The notes below the pieces were generated by a model. The model ran no database searches. It was given only the letters and a program-made list of their open reading frames with translations, and was not told the DNA's origin. From the NCBI GenBank assembly GCA_041691135.1, contig JBEPVF010000001.1, positions 128,001 to 192,000 of the forward strand: a stretch of DNA of 64,000 nucleotides. The letters are read 5' to 3'. The DNA comes from Candidatus Peribacteria bacterium (GTDB lineage: Bacteria > Patescibacteriota > Gracilibacteria > Peribacterales > Peribacteraceae). This document shows positions 36,615-47,700 of the stretch, one piece after another (the first letter of the stretch is position 1; every line of letters begins with the position of its first letter). The position numbers were made by a program, and so were the translations under genes.

Positions 36615-39134
36615 CTAGGCGGCGCCCAATGCTTCAACTAATCCTTTTTCCCAAATCGATCTAAGGTGGTCGACAGACACATCTATGAATGTATTTTTAC
36701 AGCGTGTTACCCGCAGATGCGCATCAGGAGCGGTCGTTGCAATCGCAATACACGATACATCGACGCCCTTCGCTTTCTTCAAAATACCAGCGACTGCATC
36801 GGTCGGCACTTCGACGAGAAAACCATGCGACTGCGTAAACAAGAGCGTATCGCTTCGCAAATCCGGCGGTAGTTCGTCGAGTTGAACGTTGAGTCCGATT
36901 GAACCTCCGATCTTGCGTACCGGCAGTGTCATTTCGAAGAGCGCAAGCAGCAAACCGCCGTCGCTGATGTCGTGACACGCGAGAACAGCATTCTCGTTCA
37001 TCAGACTGTGCAGGAATTCGATCCGCTGTAACACATCTGCAAATTTCGCTTGTGGAAGCCGAGAACCAAGCAAGGCATCCCGCTCCGTACTCGCCATATG
37101 CTCGAGCACTTCGTAGTACGCCGAACCGCCGCATTCATCACGCAATTCTCCAATAAGTAGAACCGTTGAGTCGGTCTGCTTGAGTTGCATGGAGACCGCC
37201 TTGCGTGCGTCCTCCATAACACCGACACAACACACAATCGCTGATGGAGGAATGGCCGACCCATCGGGCGTGGAATTGTACAAACTCACGTTACCCGAAA
37301 TAACTGGAATCGGTTCACCGTTAACAGCAACCCCCTTCGCCGCTTCGGCAATACCGCGAACACCTTCTTCCAAGGCCGCCAACTGCTCCGGCACTTCGGG
37401 ATTCCCATAGTTTAGACAATCAGTCAGTGCACGCGGTTCGGCACCGACGGCTGCCACATTACTTACCGATTCAATAACCGCATTCGCGCCTTGCCAGTAC
37501 GCCGAAATGCGCCCATAGCGCGGATTTCCATCGGCAGCGAAGGCCGCTCCGATATGGCGATCCTTTTCCTGCGGCTCCCATCCCGGGTGTGATTCGGTGC
37601 TGAGATAGTTTTGTATGTCCGCCAGGGGCATCAGTACGCCCGCATCGGCTTCGCCGGCTTCGATGATACTGTTACCGATAACCGTTTTATCGTAATGACG
37701 AATGACCGGATCCTTGGATGCATGGTTCGGATGGGCGAGCATGTTTTTGAAAACATTGCCGATCGTCGTCTGGAGAATCTCACCGGTAGAAGCCGGATCC
37801 GTCGGATGAGGAATCTGAACTGTTATCGCATCTCCATCGCAACTGATTTGGGGTTCGGTACGAACGACTTCCGATAACCGCGTGGGGCGCGTGTACTGCA
37901 AACCGGATGTGATATCCACCGACCGCGCTTCGCATACCACTTTACCTTGATGACGCAGACGGTAGATTCCATCCGGCGTCACTTTACCGATCACCGATGC
38001 ACGCGCGTTCTCGGCCACACTCGGCAAATCCCAATCGTCATTGTAGTGTTTCAAAATATGTTCGGTAAGGGACGGATGGCATGTCCAGCAAAAACGCTCC
38101 TGCGTCTCGGCGCAGGCAATCACTTCGGCCGGAAGATTATCGATCGATACGTGCACATTATCCAGTGAGACATCGGCGCCGAAGCCGGCTTCGGCAACTT
38201 GCTCGACCGATGCGCATACCACGCCGCCAGCGCCAAGATCTTTAAAGCTCACGGCATGCAGCTTGTCGTTGGCAACCAGCCAGTCGAACAACGCGTACGT
38301 AGAAGCCAGCAGATGACGTTCCAGGAACGGATTGGGCTCCTGCACGGCACCCGTATTTTGCTCATTTTTCTCTGCATCCAGCGACAAACTCGAGAACGAT
38401 GCTCCGCCGAAACCACTGCGATCCGTCGGTTTGCCGACAAGAATAATATCATAACCGACCGCTCCGGCTTCCTCAGGCACGTAACTGTGAATGATCTCAT
38501 CCTCGCGCACGATGCCCAGCGCGATGGCATTCACCAGACAGTTGCTGTTGTACGATGCATCGAACACCGTGTCGCCACCGACATTGGGAATGCCCAGCGG
38601 ATTGCCGTAACCGCCGATGCCGCGCATCACTTCGCGCGCGATGTTCCGCGTCTCATCCGTCTCCAGACTTCCGAGTCGCAACATATCCATCGCCCCGATC
38701 ACGCGGGCTCCCATGCAGACCACATCGCGTACCGTGCCACCTACCCCGGTAGCAGCGCCCTCGAATGGCACGAGCTGCGACGGATGATTATGTGACTCAT
38801 GACTGATCACCAAACCCCAGCGCTTGCCGACCGGGCCGTCCGTAATGGCGACGATGCCGCTGTCTTCCTTCGGCCCCAAAATGACATGTTTCCCACTGGT
38901 ATGAAACGCCTTCAGAAATCGGCGTGATGATTTGTAACTGCTGTGTTCGCTTCCTTGTATGCCCCAGATGACCGCCTCGACGACGGTCGGCGCTCTGCCA
39001 AGAAGCGACTGTATTTTGCAGGCCTCTTCCACCGTCAGACCGATTTTGTAAGTAATGAGCGTGTGCTGCACTTCGTCGTCGGACATGGACGAGAAAGGCA
39101 GGGGAGCGGAGCCGTGCAGAGTGGGACTTTCCAT
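36615..39134 (-). CDS. purL: FGAM synthase subunit PurL (small type)
   Basis: SEHSSYKSS, ESHNHPS, GAATGVGG, DLGAGG, ETQER, TDCLNYGNP, ISGNVSLYN, HDISDGG. Confidence 0.96.
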   Translation of the reverse strand: MESPTLHGSAPLPFSSMSDDEVQHTLITYKIGLTVEEACKIQSLLGRAPTVVEAVIWGIQGSEHSSYKSSRRFLKAFHTSGKHVILGPKEDSGIVAITDGPVGKRWGLVISHESHNHPSQLVPFEGAATGVGGTVRDVVCMGARVIGAMDMLRLGSLETDETRNIAREVMRGIGGYGNPLGIPNVGGDTVFDASYNSNCLVNAIALGIVREDEIIHSYVPEEAGAVGYDIILVGKPTDRSGFGGASFSSLSLDAEKNEQNTGAVQEPNPFLERHLLASTYALFDWLVANDKLHAVSFKDLGAGGVVCASVEQVAEAGFGADVSLDNVHVSIDNLPAEVIACAETQERFCWTCHPSLTEHILKHYNDDWDLPSVAENARASVIGKVTPDGIYRLRHQGKVVCEARSVDITSGLQYTRPTRLSEVVRTEPQISCDGDAITVQIPHPTDPASTGEILQTTIGNVFKNMLAHPNHASKDPVIRHYDKTVIGNSIIEAGEADAGVLMPLADIQNYLSTESHPGWEPQEKDRHIGAAFAADGNPRYGRISAYWQGANAVIESVSNVAAVGAEPRALTDCLNYGNPEVPEQLAALEEGVRGIAEAAKGVAVNGEPIPVISGNVSLYNSTPDGSAIPPSAIVCCVGVMEDARKAVSMQLKQTDSTVLLIGELRDECGGSAYYEVLEHMASTERDALLGSRLPQAKFADVLQRIEFLHSLMNENAVLACHDISDGGLLLALFEMTLPVRKIGGSIGLNVQLDELPPDLRSDTLLFTQSHGFLVEVPTDAVAGILKKAKGVDVSCIAIATTAPDAHLRVTRCKNTFIDVSVDHLRSIWEKGLVEALGAA

Positions 39135-39154
39135 GGGCAAAGTATAAAGAAAAA

Positions 39155-39244
39155 TTGCCAAATCCCAAGTCCCAATCGCCAATGGAACAGCGAAAGAATT
39201 TTGGCTTTCGTCGGCATTTGGGATTTGGAACTTGGGGTTTGCCC
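39155..39244. repeat. heptamer-based inverted repeat element
   Basis: TTGCCAA-ATCCCAA-GTCCCAA-TCGCCAA ... TTTGGGA-TTTGGAA-CTTGGGG-TTTGCCC. Confidence 0.75.
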
Positions 39245-39258
39245 GTTATGATTCCCTC

Positions 39259-40575
39259 ATACAACTCCTTCAAGCCATCAAGCGGCAAAAGCAGCTCGTG
39301 GGCGGTGTGAGCGTGCTGGCAGTGACCCAATTGGGAGCATCCATAGCCGGTCTGCTACGTGAGCGAATTCTCAACCACACCTTCGCGGGCAACTTGTCGG
39401 TCGTGGATGCCTATCTCGCTGCCTTCAGACCGAGTGACCTGCTTTTCCAAACATGCATCATGTCGGCGATGGGAACGGTCCTGGTGCCTGTCTTGGCATC
39501 GTACTATGCAAAGAATGACAACAAAGAAATGTCGCACGTACTCAGCGGCATCACGGGTATCGCCTCTCTGGTCTTCGGGATTGTCGCACTCATTTTGGCC
39601 GCCATCTTTCCATGGATCGCACCGCTCTTGGTAAAGTTCCAGGGTGAAACATTACAGCTCTATATCACCTTTGGACGGCTCGCCCTGCTTGTAAACTTCT
39701 TCTTCGTCTTCGGGAATTCGCTGGGTCAGTATTTAATTACGGTCCAGCGCTACTGGATCTACGGAATCACCCCGATACTCTACACACTGGGAACAATCGG
39801 CGGAACGCTCTTCCTCACGTCGCGCTACGGGGCGTACGCGCCGATGGTTGGAACAGTGATCGGTGTCGTCATCTACGTTCTGTTGCGTCTTATTGCCGTC
39901 GCACGGATGGGCGCCACGCTCAAATGGACGCTCTGGCATCCGGATGTACCGGAAATGGGCAGACTGATGTTGCCTCGCATCCTCGCCTTCGGTGCGTTTC
40001 AAATTCAACTTCTTTTTCTGGATCGCATCGCATCGGGATTCCCGGCCGGATCGGTCACCATCAATAACAACACGCGCAATTTTCAATCCGTGTTGGTCGG
40101 CGTCGTCGGGATCGCCATCGCGCAAGCGGTGTACTCGATTCTCAGTCAGTCGGCTTCGACCAAGGATTCCGAAAAATTCCGCCGCTACTTCCTGTACGGC
40201 ACATGGCTGTGTTTGATTCTCACTATTCCGGGATCCATCGCACTTGCCTTCATGGCTCCGCTCGCCGCATCTTTGGTCCATCTTTCTCAGCATCTCGATA
40301 CATTCCAATCGTTCCTGATCGCCTACGCCATCAGCATTCCTTTCGAGAGCTTGTCGCATCTGCAGTACCGCGCTTTCTACGCGATGAAACAAACGCTGAT
40401 CCCCGCCACATTCGGCGTGCTCGGCGGGGGAGTGGCCATCATCGGCGCCATTGCGTTGACGCCGCATTTTGGCGTCTACAGTATCGCTGCAGGATACACG
40501 CTTGGAGAAATTGTACAGACGGTGGGATTGGCGATCGTACTGCCATGGCAGACGAGGAAGTACATGAATGCCTAA
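39259..40575 (+). CDS. murJ: lipid II flippase MurJ/MviN (start uncertain; ATA at the leaderless position)
   Basis: GLLRERIL..TF, DAYLAAFRPSD, LMLPR, RAFYAMKQTLIP; polytopic membrane protein. Confidence 0.85.
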   Translation: MQLLQAIKRQKQLVGGVSVLAVTQLGASIAGLLRERILNHTFAGNLSVVDAYLAAFRPSDLLFQTCIMSAMGTVLVPVLASYYAKNDNKEMSHVLSGITGIASLVFGIVALILAAIFPWIAPLLVKFQGETLQLYITFGRLALLVNFFFVFGNSLGQYLITVQRYWIYGITPILYTLGTIGGTLFLTSRYGAYAPMVGTVIGVVIYVLLRLIAVARMGATLKWTLWHPDVPEMGRLMLPRILAFGAFQIQLLFLDRIASGFPAGSVTINNNTRNFQSVLVGVVGIAIAQAVYSILSQSASTKDSEKFRRYFLYGTWLCLILTIPGSIALAFMAPLAASLVHLSQHLDTFQSFLIAYAISIPFESLSHLQYRAFYAMKQTLIPATFGVLGGGVAIIGAIALTPHFGVYSIAAGYTLGEIVQTVGLAIVLPWQTRKYMNA

Positions 40576-40576
40576 T

Positions 40577-40698
40577 GAAAGCACGGAGAATTCAGAAGCC
40601 GGGAACCAAAGAAGCACGAAATTCGAAAGTCACTTTCTTCAAATTTCGTGCTTCGGATTTAGAATTTCCCTTGTTCTTGGCTTCGGGGTTCTTCGCCA
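40577..40698. repeat. heptamer-based inverted repeat element
   Basis: GCACGAA-ATTCGAA ... CTTCAAA-TTTCGTG-CTTCGGA-TTTAGAA; shares CGAAATTCGAAA and TTCGGATTT with the 20046 element. Confidence 0.7.
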
Positions 40699-40701
40699 TT
40701 C

Positions 40702-40971
40702 CTAATAAACTATTTCAAACGTCATCGCATTCTCGGGCGGTGCCTGCTTCACATTGAACCGTTCCACTTTCGCACCGGATGGTCCCACCTGACACCAATC
40801 TTCCAAATCTCCGAGAGCCGTACGGGACCCTTCGGCATGTACCGTCACTGATCCATCGCCATTATTTGCCACCCAACCGTTGACTCCCAATTGCTGGGCC
40901 TTCTTTTTGGTCGCAGCCCGAAAATAGACGCCCTGTACAGTTCCTTCGATGGTGAACTCCCGTGCATACAT
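40702..40971 (-). CDS. acyP: acylphosphatase
   Basis: GTVQGVYFR, GWVANNGDGSV, GPSGAKVE. Confidence 0.93.
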   Translation of the reverse strand: MYAREFTIEGTVQGVYFRAATKKKAQQLGVNGWVANNGDGSVTVHAEGSRTALGDLEDWCQVGPSGAKVERFNVKQAPPENAMTFEIVY

Positions 40972-40994
40972 GCCGACAGTATACCTGGTATCAA

Positions 40995-41276
40995 TCAATG
41001 CTTGGCCATCTTCTGAACCTCCGGCGGCTGCACAAAATCCGCCGCGACGTTCTCCTGCTTAGACAGGGCAAAACTGACAAGCAGAGAAGCGATCACTCCG
41101 CCTATCACTGTCTTCGCATGCGATACAGCCGTAGGAGCATCAAGATCCCCATCGCAAGCACCCGGCAACGTAAAAAAATCGACCTTTCGATTATCATCGC
41201 ACGTATCGAGTGAAGCCATCTGTTCAGCATCATTCCATCCGTAGAGCCGGCTGTCATCAAGAGATCCTCTTGCCAT
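40995..41276 (-). CDS. hypothetical small protein with a C-terminal TM
   Basis: ORF between nusG and acyP; no motif; start uncertain. Confidence 0.45.
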   Translation of the reverse strand: MARGSLDDSRLYGWNDAEQMASLDTCDDNRKVDFFTLPGACDGDLDAPTAVSHAKTVIGGVIASLLVSFALSKQENVAADFVQPPEVQKMAKH

Positions 41277-41316
41277 AGCAAAGACAGAATAGAGAAGCTG
41301 CACGCAAGATGCCGTG

Positions 41317-41862
41317 CTATTTCTTCTTCACCTGCGTGAAGTCCAATTCCACCGGCGTTTCGCGATCGAAGATCAGCACAAGCACGGTGAGCTTGCCCTT
41401 GTTCACATCCACGCTCTCGATGCTGCCTTCGTAGTTCTTGAACGGACCGTCCACGATCACCACCAAGTCGCCGATTTGGAAGTCACTCTTGAATTTGGCT
41501 TCCTGCTCACCCACGCGACGTTCGATGACACCGAATTCATCGGGCGTCACCGGCACCGGAATATTGCCGGACCCTACGAAACCCGTCACGTTCGGTGTAT
41601 TGCGTACCACGTACCAACTGTCATCCGTCACGATCATGTCTACCAGCACGTAGCCCGGAAACAATTTGCGCTCTTCCTCGACCGGCTCGCCTTTCTTGAA
41701 GACCAGCTGCTTCTCCTTCGGTACCTGCACGCTGAAAATATAATCCGACATGCCGAGTGATTCGACGCGTTGTTCGAGAGCCTGTTTGACGCTGTCTTCG
41801 TAACCTGAATAGGTATGGAGAACGTACCAATTTCTCCCGGCCCGTGGATCCTGCTTACCCAT
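41317..41862 (-). CDS. nusG: transcription termination/antitermination factor NusG
   Basis: WYVLHTYSGYE, FPGYVLVDM, VRNTPNVTGFVG, KOW domain. Confidence 0.98.
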   Translation of the reverse strand: MGKQDPRAGRNWYVLHTYSGYEDSVKQALEQRVESLGMSDYIFSVQVPKEKQLVFKKGEPVEEERKLFPGYVLVDMIVTDDSWYVVRNTPNVTGFVGSGNIPVPVTPDEFGVIERRVGEQEAKFKSDFQIGDLVVIVDGPFKNYEGSIESVDVNKGKLTVLVLIFDRETPVELDFTQVKKK

Positions 41863-41865
41863 AAA

Positions 41866-42057
41866 TTAAATGGTATTGGAAAGAATTTGCTGGATCACCC
41901 ACGACATGCCGAAGTCGATTCCGCCGAAGAAAATGGAGCTAATCGCGCAAAAGACGAAAACAATGACCGACAAACGAACCGCCTGCTGGCGGGTGGGCCA
42001 ACGGACTTGATGGAGTTCTGCGACTGCGGCGTTGATGTATTCGATGACGGCGCTCAT
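41866..42057 (-). CDS. secE: preprotein translocase subunit SecE
   Basis: ELHQVRWPTR plus one TM; directly upstream of nusG. Confidence 0.93.
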   Translation of the reverse strand: MSAVIEYINAAVAELHQVRWPTRQQAVRLSVIVFVFCAISSIFFGGIDFGMSWVIQQILSNTI

Positions 42058-42154
42058 GCCAGAGAGAATGTTCTAAAAAAACCTCTTCCGAGGCAAAGCC
42101 AGTGTACCGTATTAAAGCTTCCGTGCAAGGCCAAATCCAAGGCGGCAATAACCT

Positions 42155-42814
42155 TTACAGTCCGTAATTGGCCGGCTCCAGCGCGTGGATTTTACTGACA
42201 GGGAGTGCCACAAACCAGACGCGACCCTTTACTTCGGCGCGACTGACGAACGGCACCGGCTTGCTGTTTCCGTCGATGGCGAAACTGCGCGAATCGTAGC
42301 TACCCTCACGGTTGTCACCCATTACGAAGTATGAGTTGGCCGGCACTTTGTAGCGGACTTCGGACGTATTTTCGGTGCTGGGCGGATTGCGGTAGGTGTG
42401 ACCCAAATTTCGCTGGTTCAAATATTTGGATTCATCCAGCTGAACCTCTTTCGTCGTACCGGCGGCGATCAGATACACATAGCCGTCACGAACGATAATT
42501 TCATCTCCCGGCAAACCGATAATGCGCTTCACGTAATACTTGGATTCATCGTTCGGCGGACGCAGGACGGCAACGTCACCCCGCTGCGGATCGCCGGTGA
42601 TGTACGCGAGTTTATTGATGATGATGTATTCCTTGTCGACCAGCGTATCGAGCATGGAACTTCCCTCAACCTGGAAAGGCGAGACAAGGAAGGTACGAAT
42701 GCCGACTACGATAGCCACAATGACGACGATATTGAAGACGACGTCGAGGATGTGGAACAATATTCCTGGTTCTTTCTCTTGCATCCTATGCATTGTACGA
42801 ATTTGCGAGGGCAT
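42155..42814 (-). CDS. lepB: signal peptidase I
   Basis: VEGSSMLDTL, YVKRIIGLPGD, FVMGDNREGSYDSR. Confidence 0.95.
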   Translation of the reverse strand: MPSQIRTMHRMQEKEPGILFHILDVVFNIVVIVAIVVGIRTFLVSPFQVEGSSMLDTLVDKEYIIINKLAYITGDPQRGDVAVLRPPNDESKYYVKRIIGLPGDEIIVRDGYVYLIAAGTTKEVQLDESKYLNQRNLGHTYRNPPSTENTSEVRYKVPANSYFVMGDNREGSYDSRSFAIDGNSKPVPFVSRAEVKGRVWFVALPVSKIHALEPANYGL

Positions 42815-42953
42815 GTACAGGGATCAGGAACGAATTTTCTTTGTAAGCGGGGATCAGTGACCACAACGCCCGGGTGCCGGTTTTTTTCTGTTTTCCGAAC
42901 CCTCCAGAGCTCCGTCCTTTCAATAAACAGCTCCTTCGCGCTACACTGTCTGT

Positions 42954-43589
42954 ATGTTCGAACGATCGTTGTTCCGACAACACCTGGAAGCCGACGAAGA
43001 ATTAATCATGATCGTGCACAAGCACTGGCTGATCGGCGTGCGTGAATTTTTCTGGCCGCTCGTGTCGCTGGTGTGCTCAGGCGTGATTCTGTACGTCGCA
43101 CCGGTAAAAATAGTGCTGTATGTGTTTTTGGTATGGGCTGCCGCATCTGTCATATGGTTCGCGCGCAATTTCTTCGATTACTATCTGGATGCATGGATCA
43201 TCACGAATATCGGCGTGATCGATCTGGCCTGGCACGGGTGGTTCCACCGTCAATCCACGCGCATTCTGTACAGCGACATCCAGGGCGTGACGAACGAGAT
43301 ACAGGGAATACTCAGCACTCTATTCAATTTCGGCAAACTGACGATTGAAAAAATTTCGACCGGTGCGCTGATTTCCTTGGAGCAGGTACCGCATCCCCGC
43401 GACGTGGAAATGATTATTCTCCGCAATATGGAGTCGTACATGCACTCGAAGAATATGAAGAATGCAAAACATGTGCAGGAAATTCTATCCACGTTCATCG
43501 CCGATCAGATTCATGCCGAAAAGACGCCGCCGAAGAAGGAAGAGTCCAAGCCGGTAAAAAAGAAACGGTTCTCCCTCAAAAAAGCATGA
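42954..43589 (+). CDS. bacterial PH-domain membrane protein
   Basis: Two TM segments, WIITN, IQGV...GILSTLFNFGKLTI. Confidence 0.75.
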   Translation: MFERSLFRQHLEADEELIMIVHKHWLIGVREFFWPLVSLVCSGVILYVAPVKIVLYVFLVWAAASVIWFARNFFDYYLDAWIITNIGVIDLAWHGWFHRQSTRILYSDIQGVTNEIQGILSTLFNFGKLTIEKISTGALISLEQVPHPRDVEMIILRNMESYMHSKNMKNAKHVQEILSTFIADQIHAEKTPPKKEESKPVKKKRFSLKKA

Positions 43590-43993
43590 CGCAGATAGTG
43601 GTTGCAATTGTCATTTTCGGAATCGCCGGTGCAGCTCTGATACTTACTTTTCGCAAAAGAAAGCCAAAATTGAGTGCTGCCACGCAACGTGTGCTCCAGC
43701 AACAATGGTCACATGCAACGTCTCTCTCTGATGCGCACGGACGTATTTTGGAAGCGGATAAAGTACTGGATCAACTGCTGGGTGCGATGGGATATCAGGG
43801 ACCTCTGGGCGAAAAGCTGAAGGCAGCCGGACCGCGACTTCCTAATGCAAACGCCGTTTGGACGGCACATAAATTGCGCAACCGTCTGGCACACGAACCG
43901 GGATTCCAACCCTCCGACGGCGAACTCAACCAGGCGATGCGGGCGTTCGAAGTGACACTACGTGCCTTCGTCCCCTTGTCGAGCGGCAGGTAG
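43586..43993 (+). CDS. conserved hypothetical membrane-anchored protein
   Basis: N-terminal TM; ILEADKVLD...GEKLK...WTAHKLRNRLAHE. Confidence 0.75.
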   Translation: MTQIVVAIVIFGIAGAALILTFRKRKPKLSAATQRVLQQQWSHATSLSDAHGRILEADKVLDQLLGAMGYQGPLGEKLKAAGPRLPNANAVWTAHKLRNRLAHEPGFQPSDGELNQAMRAFEVTLRAFVPLSSGR

Positions 43994-44015
43994 CGAACTA
44001 GCATCAGACTGTCTT

Positions 44016-44564
44016 ATGAAACCCACCCTCGTCGTCATCGGTCTGGGCAATCCGGGCAAGAGCTATGAACGAACGCGTCACAACGCGGGCTTCCTCGCTA
44101 TCGATGCGTTATCCGAGGCATTCGGTGTAGGGGAGTGGGATGAGAAGCAGAAGTTTCAGGCATCGGTTCAGGAGGCGCGTATCGTGACGGTGCCGGTACT
44201 GCTGGTCAAACCCGCTACGTTCATGAACAACTCCGGCGACGCGATTCGCAAGATCGTCGATTTTTACAAGCTCGATCCGGCGGAGCAGATATTAGTATTG
44301 TGCGATGACATCGACTTGCCGCTCGGAGAGTTGCGTTTCCGCAAAAAGGGCGGTCCGGGCACGCATAACGGCCTACGCTCGATCGAGCCAATCTACGGCG
44401 AAACCTACCCGCGCCTGCGCATCGGTCTCGGCACCCGCCCGCCCGAATTTGACCTTGCCGCCTGGGTCCTCAGCGTGCCGACTGATGACGAGAAGAAGGA
44501 ATTAGAGGCAGCTTTTATGAAGGTGCCGGAGGTGGTGAAGGAGTATGTGTTGGGAAAGCACTAG
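44016..44564 (+). CDS. pth: peptidyl-tRNA hydrolase
   Basis: GLGNPG, TRHNAGF, KPATFMNNSG, DDIDLP, GTHNGLRS. Confidence 0.96.
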   Translation: MKPTLVVIGLGNPGKSYERTRHNAGFLAIDALSEAFGVGEWDEKQKFQASVQEARIVTVPVLLVKPATFMNNSGDAIRKIVDFYKLDPAEQILVLCDDIDLPLGELRFRKKGGPGTHNGLRSIEPIYGETYPRLRIGLGTRPPEFDLAAWVLSVPTDDEKKELEAAFMKVPEVVKEYVLGKH

Positions 44565-44567
44565 TTT

Positions 44568-44690
44568 GCAGGAAACCGAGGAACCTAAGAAACCGAAGAT
44601 CATCATCGGGTTCTTTCTTTTCCACAGATATATCTGACCTCGCTACTTTCGAATCATTGGTTCCATTGGCTGCCTCGATTTTCTCAAAAG
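44568..44690. repeat. nonamer-based inverted repeat element
   Basis: CAGGAAACC-GAGGAACCT-AAGAAACCG ... CTCGCTACT-TTCGAATCA-TTGGTTCCA-TTGGCTGCC-TCGATTTTC. Confidence 0.55.
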
Positions 44691-44736
44691 GACCGGCTTC
44701 CCGGTCCCCTGAGTGTTCTTTCCAAAGCTATCTGGA

Positions 44737-47700
44737 TCAAATGAAGAATCTCTTTCCGAAGTATCCTGCGAATCCGATGCCCGAGAGCATCACCGTCCAG
44801 AGTGTCATCGGCAGAGCGTTGCCGTTCGTTGCACTGTGGAACGGAGTGAGGAAGGCAGAGGTATCTTCGAGTGGCGATGTACCGTCGCCGGCTCCCGTTT
44901 GTGGCAAGTGTTCGATGATACGCACTGTAGCCGATCCGCCAAGCGTACCGTGATCAGATGTCATCGTAGCGGTGTTCGTCACCGAATCACCGTGATGGAG
45001 CTGAGGACTGAGAGTGCCGGTGTAGCGGATGATGCGACTCTCGCCCGGCGCAAGGACGCCAAGGTCCCAATTGATCGTACCGCCGCCGACTGAGCCGCCA
45101 TCCACATCCTGCATCGTGACCTTGCTGGGATCGAAGGCATCATTCAGCTGGATATCCGAGATCGAATCAGACGTGCTGTTACGAATGGTAATCGTGTACA
45201 CAATGCGGTCGCCCGGCTGTGCTTCGTAGCGGTCAGCTTGCTTGCTGAAGGTCAAGTTACCGGTGAATTGCTCGCTGCTGCTGGACGACTCGCCAGCCAC
45301 TACATCGGTATCCTCGGTTGCAGTCGCATTGTCGACAGTCGCGCGCAAACGCAATGTATCACCGTCCTGTTCATCTTTGTTCACTTTCACCTTGAGCGTG
45401 AACGTCTGATCCGAATCAGCATCGATGCTGATGTTGCGCCACTCGACACGACCGGTGCTGGCCTCGTCGCCGTTGTCGGATGCGTCATCGAAATCCGTAT
45501 TGTCATCGAGTGTTGCACGAAGCGTAAGGCCATTCACCGGACGACTGGAACGATTGGACACGCGAAGCTTGTAAGTAAGGATGTCGCCAGGACTTACCGG
45601 ATCCGGCTTGTCGGTGATATCGAGACCGATGTCAGGGGTCGTACCATCACTGTTCAACTGCACCGTATCGTTCACCGACGTATTGCAGGCAGTGACCGTG
45701 CTGAGCAGGATGTCGTCGGCGGTTACGTCGGAATCCAGACGAGCCTGAACACTGAAGAACTTCGTTTCGTTGGCAGCGAACAAGAGGTTGTTCCAGGTAA
45801 CCACTCCGTTACCGGCCAGTGAGCCGCCGTTATCGGCGAAGTTGAAGCGTGTGCGGCTAGGCAGGATCTGCGTCACCGTGATCTGATTCGATGCGTTACT
45901 GAGGTTCATCACTCGCAACTGGTACGTGAGCATATCATTGCCGATCGGATTGCTCGGATAGTGGGTGACCGATACGGAACACTGATTGTTATTGCCAGAC
46001 GTAGTCTGAATTGTAGTCGTGTCGGTAGCACTCGGACCGTTCGAGATTTGAGCCGTGTTCGTGATGACCGCATTGTTGTTGCTCTGACTGTCACTCACAC
46101 GCGCCTGCAACGAGAGTGTCAGGCTGCTATTGGCATTGATCGTCAGATTGTTCCACGTGACGGTCTGGCCGTTGATCGTGCCGTTGTTTGAGGAACTAAC
46201 GTAGGTGAGATACTGACTGGGCAGAACATCCGTCACCGTCACATTGTTCATGGCGGCAGATGAACTATTCGTCAGCGTGATCTGATAATTCAACGTGTCG
46301 CTTGGAGTGACTGTAGTACGATTATCCGTCTTGGTGATCGAAAGACCGCCACCCGTCACCACCTGACGATTCTTGAATATGACACTGGCACAGCTGCCTC
46401 CAGCTGACACATTCACCGTACCGTTGTCGGGAGTCACATTGAACTGCGTCCAACCCGACTGTGACGTTTCCGTTACCGTGTGGGAACCCACCGGAACATT
46501 CGTGAACTGTGCATTGCCGTTGGCATCGTTCGTAGCCGTCTGATTGTTATCCAATCGGAAGCTGAACTGAGGAACCGTGGAGATGCGGTTGTTGTTGGCG
46601 TCGTAGACTTCCTTGGAGATATTCACGCAACCGGTCTGATTGACGACGTTCACCGTCGTCGTATCGGTTGCCTGCTGGTTCGCTACCGTCGCCGTGTTGA
46701 TGATCTGCGTTCCATTGGCGGCATTCGACGCGATGCGCGCCTGCACTGTCAGCGTCTTGCTGGCATTGGCACCGAGTGAACCGATCGTCCAAGTGAGCGA
46801 GTTGCCGTTGACCGATGGGTTATCGGAAGCGTTCTGGTAGCTAAGCTGGCTCGGAAGTGTATCGGAGACCGTGACATTGCTTGCTGCCACATTTGAAGTA
46901 TTCGTTACCGTGATCTGGTAGTTGAGGACATCGTTCGGCTGCGCCGTTGTCTGATTGTCCGTCTTCGAAATGCTGAAGGTCGGGTTCTGAACACATTGGA
47001 CACTCGTCTGGAACGTATTCGAGCTTACCGTATTGATGCCAGTTCCCTGAACAGTCGCCGTGTTCGAGACGGTTGCATTGCATTGAACGTTAGACGCAGT
47101 AAAGACGAGAGCAATGGTACGATTCTGACCTACATTGAGCGTACCAAGGTTACACGTCACAGCACCACCATTGACCTGACAACCGGAATCCGACGACTGG
47201 AATGTAAGGCCGGATGGGATCTGATCGCTGACGACAACGTTCTGCACTGCAGACTGTCCGCTGTTGGCGACGACAATCGTGTAGTTGATCGTGCCGTTCT
47301 GAGTAACCGTCGTCGATCCGCTCTTATTGATCGTCAACTGACCAGGCAGACATTGCACCGTCGTCTGAACCGTATTCGAGTTGACCGTATTGATACCAGC
47401 CGCCTGAGCCGCAGCCGTGTTCGTCACGGTTGCATTACATTGGACGCTGGATGCCGTGAAGGTGAGATTGACGGTCCGGCTCTGGTTGGGATTAAGCGCA
47501 CCAATGTTGCAGGTGACCGTGCCACCGTACGTGGTACAACCAGAGTCCGAGGTCTGGAACGAAAGGCCGGATGGGATCTGATCGCTGACCACAACATTCT
47601 GCACTGCAGACTGTCCACTGTTCGTCACGACGATGCTGTAATTGATCGTGCCGTTCTGGCTCACGGTCGACTGCTGGACTGATTTGGTGATAGACAGCTG

